From positions 322,074-386,073 of the forward strand of contig JAVZCO010000001.1 of NCBI GenBank assembly GCA_038874355.1: 64,000 nucleotides of DNA, in the 5' to 3' direction. Both the position numbers and the translations under genes were made by a program. Shown here in pieces: positions 58,032 to 64,000 of the stretch. How positions within the stretch are numbered: the stretch's first letter is position 1; each line of letters opens with the position of its first letter. The notes beneath the pieces are model-generated. The model had not been told where the DNA came from. It made no database searches and worked only from the letters and a program-made list of their open reading frames with translations. The stretch is from Candidatus Pacearchaeota archaeon (lineage in GTDB: Archaea; Nanobdellota; Nanobdellia; Pacearchaeales; GW2011-AR1).

Positions 58032-58235
58032 TTATCCTAAATGTTTTTTATGAATTCTTCTTGGTTTAATTTTTAATTTTGTTCTTGTCCAATGTCTTTT
58101 TAATCTTGTCATTTGACTTGGGTGTATTTTTTTTCCTACACCATATTTTCTTAAAACTGCCCAAATAGGAGCCCACTTAGTTCTCCTATTGTATACTGCT
58201 AATTTTATTTTTTTTGTTCTTGATTTTTTTACCAT
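58032..58235 (-). CDS. rpl39e: ribosomal protein L39e
   Basis: KKIKLAVYNRRTKWAPIWAVLRK...HPSQMTRLKRHWTRTKLKI matches the L39e pattern. Confidence 0.8.
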   Translation of the reverse strand: MVKKSRTKKIKLAVYNRRTKWAPIWAVLRKYGVGKKIHPSQMTRLKRHWTRTKLKIKPRRIHKKHLG

Positions 58236-58370
58236 CTTAAGCTTATTTGTTTTTTATTTATCTTCATATTTAATTTTCTACTTTCCGGCTGATTTTTTCG
58301 AAAGTTATTCGCTTTTTTATTTTCATTTGTTTTATCTTTTAGCTTTATTTTTTATTTTTTTTATTCTTAC

Positions 58371-58811
58371 CTATTTAATATTTTGATTATTATTTTTTAT
58401 TTTTTCTGCAACATCTTCTAAAAATTTTTTTCCTTCTTTTGTTAATTCTCTTCCCTTTCTTTTTCCTCGTGATTTTTGTAAAAAACCTGCTTTTTCTCCT
58501 TGTTGTAATATAGTTCTTATTATCTTACCAGAACCTTTTCTAAATTCAGCTGGCTTCATACCTCTATCTTTTCTTCCGCCGTATCTTGTCTTTAATCTAT
58601 TCACTCCTACAACTCCTTTAATATAAATTTGTCTTAATATAGATGCTGCTCTTTTATACCACCAATCTTTTTCTGCCGGAGGCCTTGCTCTCGCTACAGA
58701 TGTTTTAACAAATAAACTCCATTTAGGAACTTTAAATTCTTGAATTTTTTTTAATTCTTCTGCTAAAAACTTATTATAAACTGCAGGATCTATTTCATAT
58801 ATACTTGCCAT
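58371..58811 (-). CDS. rps19e: ribosomal protein S19e
   Basis: IYEIDPAVYNKFLAEELKK...WSLFVKTSVARARPPAEKDWWYKRAASILRQIY...YGGRKDRG matches S19e. Confidence 0.8.
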   Translation of the reverse strand: MASIYEIDPAVYNKFLAEELKKIQEFKVPKWSLFVKTSVARARPPAEKDWWYKRAASILRQIYIKGVVGVNRLKTRYGGRKDRGMKPAEFRKGSGKIIRTILQQGEKAGFLQKSRGKRKGRELTKEGKKFLEDVAEKIKNNNQNIK

Positions 58812-59169
58812 ATCAATTTTTATTATTTAATTATTTATTTATAAAAACTTTATCCTTTCATATCCTTATTTTCTATTTTGAGCTTGCCTTTCGGCAATAG
58901 AAAAGCCATAAACTGGCTTTTAACTCATAATTAAATCAAACAGAGAGTTTATAAATATTTTGTTTGATATTTTTAAAATATCGTTTTTGAAATAATAAGA
59001 ATTTAATTATAAAAATTGACAGGATGAATGATATTTTTAAAACCCTTGAATAATTATAAGAAGGAATCTAATTATACTCAATGCATAAAAATCTTTTTTA
59101 AGTTATTTTAAAAAATAATCCTAACACTTATTAAAATATTTTTATATTATCTTTTAAGATTTTTATTTT

Positions 59170-59418
59170 TTATCTTATTTTCTTTCTCCATCTTTTTATA
59201 AAAATAGTATAACCAATTACTTTATAACTATAATTTTTTCCTAATTCATTAATTATTTTTTCTGCAATAAAATTTATATTTTCTTTTGTATGGCCCGCTG
59301 ATTTTAATAAAACCACTTTAACATTTTCTCTTGTCTTAAAAGCATTTTTTAAAGTAAAAATTAAGTTATCTTTATATCCTGCTTTTCCTATATTAAAAGA
59401 AACTTGTCCCTTTGTCAT
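59170..59418 (-). CDS. CRM-domain (YhbY-family) RNA-binding protein
   Basis: IGKAGYKDNLIFTLKNAFKTRENVKVVLLKS...IAEKIINELGKNYSYKVIGYTIFIKRW parallels YhbY IGKNGLTENVIEEIDRALEDHELIKVKVL...IAEEL...VIGRTAVLYRP. Confidence 0.5.
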   Translation of the reverse strand: MTKGQVSFNIGKAGYKDNLIFTLKNAFKTRENVKVVLLKSAGHTKENINFIAEKIINELGKNYSYKVIGYTIFIKRWRKKIR

Positions 59419-59593
59419 TATTATAAGATAAAATATAAGATTATAAAGTTTTTGCTGAATATTTTTATAAAAAATAATATAAATAAAAAAAAGAAAATAT
59501 TTATAAATAGTACTTTCTTTTTTTAAAATTATAAATAATAATCTTTATTAAAAATAAGGGGTGATAATATAAATAAAACTAAAAACCCCGAAG

Positions 59594-61561
59594 ATGAAAA
59601 GAAACAGAGTAAAGAATTTAAAAATAATTTTCTTAGTTTTATTCTTAGTATTCTTTCTATTTCACTATTTTATTCTCATTGAAGCAAAGACAACAAGAAA
59701 TAAAATTAATTATCTTACATCAATAAACAATTTAATAAAAAATAAAAATTATTTTATTGATTATGAAAAATTACAATATAATTATGAACTAGCAGAAATA
59801 CAAAAAAAGATTAAAGAAAAAAATTTATCTTGGCAGGCTGGAGAAACAGAAGTTTCTAAATTACCTAAAGAACAAAGGAAAAAATTGTTAAGTGGAATCA
59901 TAGAAGTAAAAGACATAGAAAAATCAGAAGAAGAACAAATAAATAATTTTGATTTAAAATATTATGAAAATTCTTTACCTTCTTCTTTTGATTGGAGAAA
60001 TAAAGATGGTGTAAATTGGATGACTCCTGTTAAAAATCAGTTTTTATGTGGAAGCTGTTGGGCATTTGCTGATGTTGGAGTTATTGAAGCTGCCTTCAAT
60101 ATTTATCAAAACAATCCAGATCTTGATTTAGATTTATCTGAACAAGACGTAATTTCTTGTTCTGGATATGGAAGCTGTGGCGGAGGAACAGCAGGAGGTG
60201 GGCTTCTTTATGCAATAAATACAGGAATAGTTAATGAGACATGTTTTCCTTACACTGCAACAAATAATAATTGTTCAAATAAATGTTATAATGGAGAAAA
60301 ATATAAAATAAAGGGAAGATTTAATTACGGTTTCTATAATCACACAAATGAATATTGGAAATCTATATTAATGAAATATGGACCCGGAACTGTTCTTATG
60401 TATGCTCCTGATGATTTTTTATTCTATATTGGTGGAATTTATGAGCCTCTTAATGATGAAAAATCCGGATATGCGAATCATGCTGTAGTGTTAGTTGGAT
60501 GGAATGACACTGGCTTTAATGAAACAACAAATATGACAGAAGGATACTGGATAGTAAAAAATTCATGGGGGACTTATTGGGGAGAGAATGGATATGGAAA
60601 GATTAAATATGGAATTATAGAATCCTATAGGACTTTTTTAGTTGTTACTGGAATAATAAATGGAAGTATTACTTGTTCTAAAAATTCTGATTGTGGAATA
60701 GATAATTGTTATAATGGAACTTATAAAAAATTCTCTTGTATTAATCCAGACACAGAATATTCTTATTGTTCTTCTCAAGATATTATAACGGATAATGACC
60801 TAGACGGATATGATATTCAATGTGAATATGATTGTGATGATAACGATTCAAGTAAATGGCAAATCTTAAATGGATATCTAGATTACGATAAAGACAATTA
60901 TGGGGCAGGAGATATTATCAATGTTTGTTCTGGAAATAATTTACCATTAGGATATTCTTATATTTCTGGCGATTGTAATGACAATGATAGTTCAATATAT
61001 CCAAATGCTCAAGAATTATGCGATGAAAAAGACAATGATTGTAATTTCTTAATTGATGAAATTTTCTTAAATAAAGGAAAGAGTTGTGATGTTGGAGTTG
61101 GTTTTTGTAAAAGAACAGGAATTTTTATTTGCTCTTCAAATGGTTTAGAAACAATTTGTAACGTTATTCCAGGAGACCCAAAAAGAGAATTATGTTTTAA
61201 TGAAATAGACGATGATTGTGATGGAGAAGTAGATGAAGAAGATTGTGGAATTAAAGGAGATATAAATGATGATAGTATTGTAGATATTTCTGATGTTATC
61301 TTAACATTAAGAATGGCAATTGAATTAAATTTAACAATTAGAGGGAATAACTACGAGTATCCATATCCCGATTGGCTGATTAATAAAGCCGATATAAACG
61401 ATGATAAAGTTATTGATATTTATGATACAATATTAATTTTAAGAATATCTCTCGGTCTAAACTCTGAAGAAAAATTGACAGAATCTCAAATTCCTTCTTT
61501 TATAAAAACAGAAATAGAGAAAAAAGGTATGTGTATTGATGATATAAAAAAGATAAAATAA
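59594..61561 (+). CDS. secreted papain-family (C1A) cysteine protease with Cys-rich MopE-like repeats and C-terminal dockerin
   Basis: Signal peptide. Catalytic Gln/Cys NQFLCGSCWAF, His NHAVVLVGW, Asn NSWG. Three CxxxDCDDND-type repeats. C-terminal dockerin DINDDSIVDISD + DINDDKVIDIYD. Confidence 0.75.
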   Translation: MKRNRVKNLKIIFLVLFLVFFLFHYFILIEAKTTRNKINYLTSINNLIKNKNYFIDYEKLQYNYELAEIQKKIKEKNLSWQAGETEVSKLPKEQRKKLLSGIIEVKDIEKSEEEQINNFDLKYYENSLPSSFDWRNKDGVNWMTPVKNQFLCGSCWAFADVGVIEAAFNIYQNNPDLDLDLSEQDVISCSGYGSCGGGTAGGGLLYAINTGIVNETCFPYTATNNNCSNKCYNGEKYKIKGRFNYGFYNHTNEYWKSILMKYGPGTVLMYAPDDFLFYIGGIYEPLNDEKSGYANHAVVLVGWNDTGFNETTNMTEGYWIVKNSWGTYWGENGYGKIKYGIIESYRTFLVVTGIINGSITCSKNSDCGIDNCYNGTYKKFSCINPDTEYSYCSSQDIITDNDLDGYDIQCEYDCDDNDSSKWQILNGYLDYDKDNYGAGDIINVCSGNNLPLGYSYISGDCNDNDSSIYPNAQELCDEKDNDCNFLIDEIFLNKGKSCDVGVGFCKRTGIFICSSNGLETICNVIPGDPKRELCFNEIDDDCDGEVDEEDCGIKGDINDDSIVDISDVILTLRMAIELNLTIRGNNYEYPYPDWLINKADINDDKVIDIYDTILILRISLGLNSEEKLTESQIPSFIKTEIEKKGMCIDDIKKIK

Positions 61562-61638
61562 GAGGAAAAATTCTTAAACAAATATAAATAAAAAAAAGAA
61601 AATATTTATAAAGTATTTTTCTTATATCTAAATATTAA

Positions 61639-64000
61639 TGAGAATAAAAAGAGGATTTTTTATTTGTGCAAGTTTAATTTTTATATTTTCTATTTTTTGT
61701 AATCTTAATTTTGTTTTAGGTGCTGCATTTAATATTACTGGCTATACTTACGGAATTGAAGGTAATTGGAAAGCAGCATTAAACGCAACTAATATTACAA
61801 TTGAAATTTATCAAAAAAATATGAATGGCCCCCATTATTTAAACACAACTTTATCAACTTTATCAAATGAAAGCGGATATTTTAATATAGAAATTCCTGA
61901 AGATTATTCAAACGATAATTTCTTTTATAAAATAATTCTTATTAAGTACAATGAAAATAATAGTGATTTAGCAAGATTTATCGGCCCAAACTTGCCTTAT
62001 TTTCCTTCTGACCAATTAAGCAATTTAGGAACAGTTTATTTTTATTTAAGGCCAGCCATAACAATTGACATTTCTGCAATAGGAATAGAACATGTTACAG
62101 ATGATGAAAATAGAATTAAATATAATGATATTAATACTTTCCCAGAAGATTATAAAACAGGTTTAGAAATAATTAATAATTCTGGAGAAAAACAATATGC
62201 TTATATAAACAATAGCGATTGTCTAATTGTATTAAATGAAAGTTTTGATTTAAATTCTTCTTTTTGTGATTTAAATATAACAAATATAGATGATTTTACT
62301 CTCGGTCTTGAAGAAGAAATCTATTTTATTAATCTAACAGAAATACAAAAATGCTTTTTTGATCTTTCAACTGGTAGTGCAGATTGTAATAAAGAACAAG
62401 GAAATTCTACAGATATATCTGAATTAAATCTTTCTAAAACTGGAGGAATTTCATTTAATAAATTCATCAACGGAGATGAAAAATTATTTATTTCTGCTCT
62501 AAACGAAAGTGGAAATAGTTATGTTTATGTTTATAATTATAGTGATTTAAGTTTTATAAAATCAATTTCTACTCCTGATTGTCCTATTGGCAAATTAATT
62601 TTTCAACCAGGGGGTGGTTTTGGTATAGGAAATAACTCAGGAAGATATGTTTTTTATAAATTTATATTAAATGAGCAAGAAGGATTTAGTTGTAGTTCTA
62701 ATTTGTTAAATTTAACAGAAGGAATGATTGTTAAAGGATTTGATACAGAAGCAGATTTTGGCAATGAATATTATATTGTTTCTAATCAAAGTGGGACAAC
62801 AAACTTAACACAAATTAATTTTTTTACATCTGATTACAACTTTAGATACCAATTTAAAGATAAAAAACTTGGTTATAGTATAAAAGAAAGTTTTGATTCT
62901 TTAAAATATTCTGACAGAATATATATTCCTGCTGATAGAAATTATTCTTTTATGATTTACCCAGAAGGCGGCCCGGCTTTTCCTGTAAGCATAGAATTAA
63001 ATAATTTAGTTCATAATAGCAAAATTTCATTAGGAACAGCAGAAAATAGAACTATTACTTCAATAAATCAATCTTTATACTTAAATCTTACAAACTTAAA
63101 TTTAACCACACAATTAGTAAAATTAAGTGGTTATTCAAAGTTAAATGGATCTGATGAAAAAAATTTTACAGATTATACTATTGTTGCTTATTTAATTGAA
63201 TCAAATAACATTGTCTTTTCACAAGCAATGTTGCCTCAAAATATAGGACAATTTAGCGAAAATGGGTTTGAAGATGTTTTTAATAAAACAAACGGTTTTT
63301 ATAACATGACATTACCATCAGCAGTTTATGGAGCAAACATTTTATTATTTGCTAATGCGAAAAAAGATAATGTTTGGTATGGAGGATTCAAAATAATAAC
63401 ATTAAATTATGGAGAAACGCCAGATGAATTAAATATAACTTTATATCCTTTAGTAGGAAAAGAATCAATATTAGAAAGAACAATGGGGGCAGGAGATGAT
63501 GTTAATGTTTCTCTTTTTACATTTAATATAACAAGCTTATTAGAAAATGGAAATAAAACAGATGTTACAAACGTTCATTCAGAAATTTCTATTGATTATT
63601 CCCATTTTAGTGGCTCAAATGTTTCTTTTTCATGGATGGTAGATTCAGGAAATGAAAATCTTCTTAAAGTCCCTTTATTAAACAATAGTGTTAATATAAA
63701 AATATTTTCTCCACAATTTCCTCCTATAAAAAGAACAATAAAAATAGAGAATCTACAAAATGATACTTATGAGATAACTTTAGAGCAATTAAAGGCAAAA
63801 AAACCAAATGGTGAAGAAATACAAAATGTCCAATTTAGGAATTTTAAATACAAAGAGGATAGCTCTTGTTCTGTTCCTTGGCCAAATGAACAACCAGGAG
63901 AACAAGGATGTTTGCCTGATGGGATTGGTTCTGGCGGAGGTCCTGTAAATCCTTTTACATGGGTTATAAGTGGTGGAAAATATGATTTAGAAATAAGACA
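61639..64000 (+). CDS. large secreted surface protein (5' part; continues past the window end)
   Basis: ATG at 61639, with signal peptide MRIKRGFFICASLIFIFSIFCNLNFVLGA. My own translation shows an open frame to position 64000 with no stop. Dense N-x-S/T sequons. Confidence 0.55.

Noticed and set aside
2020-58386. Short ORFs on the strand opposite to longer genes (2020..2262, 3627..4061, 5070..5381, 7203..7562, 9119..9325, 10412..10657, 12578..12868, 15813..16046, 17324..17641, 19960..20196, 20991..21194, 23281..23493, 24576..24947, 26479..26685, 28484..28708, 28758..28961, 30005..30241, 34866..35054, 38262..38450, 38879..39061, 41101..41349, 43553..43735, 50127..50324, 56726..56920, 57293..57742, 58189..58386)
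   Set aside because: Their translations are low-complexity F/L/I/S-rich strings, as expected from antisense reading of AT-rich coding DNA. All are fully embedded in, or overlap, well-supported genes with recognisable motifs. None has a start context or motif of its own.
58820-59170. Roughly 350-nt AT-rich intergenic region examined for a C/D-box or other small RNA
   Set aside because: No RUGAUGA/CUGA box pair, no GC-rich stem island and no conserved termini. It is probably a promoter/terminator spacer.
56609-61561. Possibility that this contig is bacterial (CPR), given the L,D-transpeptidase, dockerins and YhbY-like protein
   Set aside because: The same contig encodes MCM, eIF1A, aIF2-beta, aIF5B, Cbf5, L31e, L39e, S19e, diphthine synthase, archease, archaeal initiator tRNA (A1:U72) and KRAISPVIATLLLV pilins. 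The bacterial-type genes are therefore better explained as acquisitions within an archaeal genome.
1-64000. CRISPR arrays, cas genes, integrases, transposases and toxin-antitoxin pairs
   Set aside because: I scanned by eye for regularly spaced 25-40-nt repeats and for recombinase, HNH, PIN or RelE-like motifs and found none. The only clear DNA repeat is the duplicated pilin 5' module.

Overview
This is a very AT-rich window with archaeal gene content on both strands. It is compact, with many 1-4 nt gene junctions, lysine/isoleucine-rich proteins and mostly small genes, which is consistent with a reduced DPANN-type (Pacearchaeota/Woesearchaeota-like) genome; that lineage assignment is inference. 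Archaeal identity rests on MCM helicase, Mre11-Rad50, Kae1, aIF5B, eIF1A, aIF2-beta, Cbf5, diphthine synthase, archease, ribosomal proteins L31e/L39e/S19e and archaeal pilins with class-III signal peptides. Core content is translation and replication. It includes three aminoacyl-tRNA synthetases (Ile, Arg, Cys), a MiaB-like methylthiotransferase, RNase HII, TatD, three tRNAs (Ser-GCU, initiator Met, Phe-GAA), and two GC-rich islands I read as SRP RNA (minus) and RNase P RNA (minus). Accessory content falls in three blocks. The first (29.7-37.5 kb, minus strand) is an operon for a type-IV-pilus/archaellum-like machine: a FlaI-like ATPase, a TadC/FlaJ-like platform split into two ORFs, and at least five pilin genes, two of which share a near-identical 100-nt promoter-plus-5' module. 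The second is a stand-alone form III RuBisCO with a cytochrome-b5-like neighbour. The third (52.7-64 kb) is a secreted/surface block: a 1025-aa protein with two disulfide-bracketed dockerin modules, a papain-family cysteine protease with MopE-like Cys-rich repeats and a C-terminal dockerin, a secreted L,D-transpeptidase, an arrestin/Spo0M-like membrane protein, and a large N-glycosylation-sequon-rich partial ORF running off the window end. A putative minimal archaeosortase sits beside a PAP2 phosphatase and a large surface protein. Two conserved small ORFs missing from the ORF track are reported, both preceded by the unusually strong context GGAGGTAAAAATG. No CRISPR array, integrase or transposase was seen. 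Product calls rest on motifs I recognise by eye; no database search was run.
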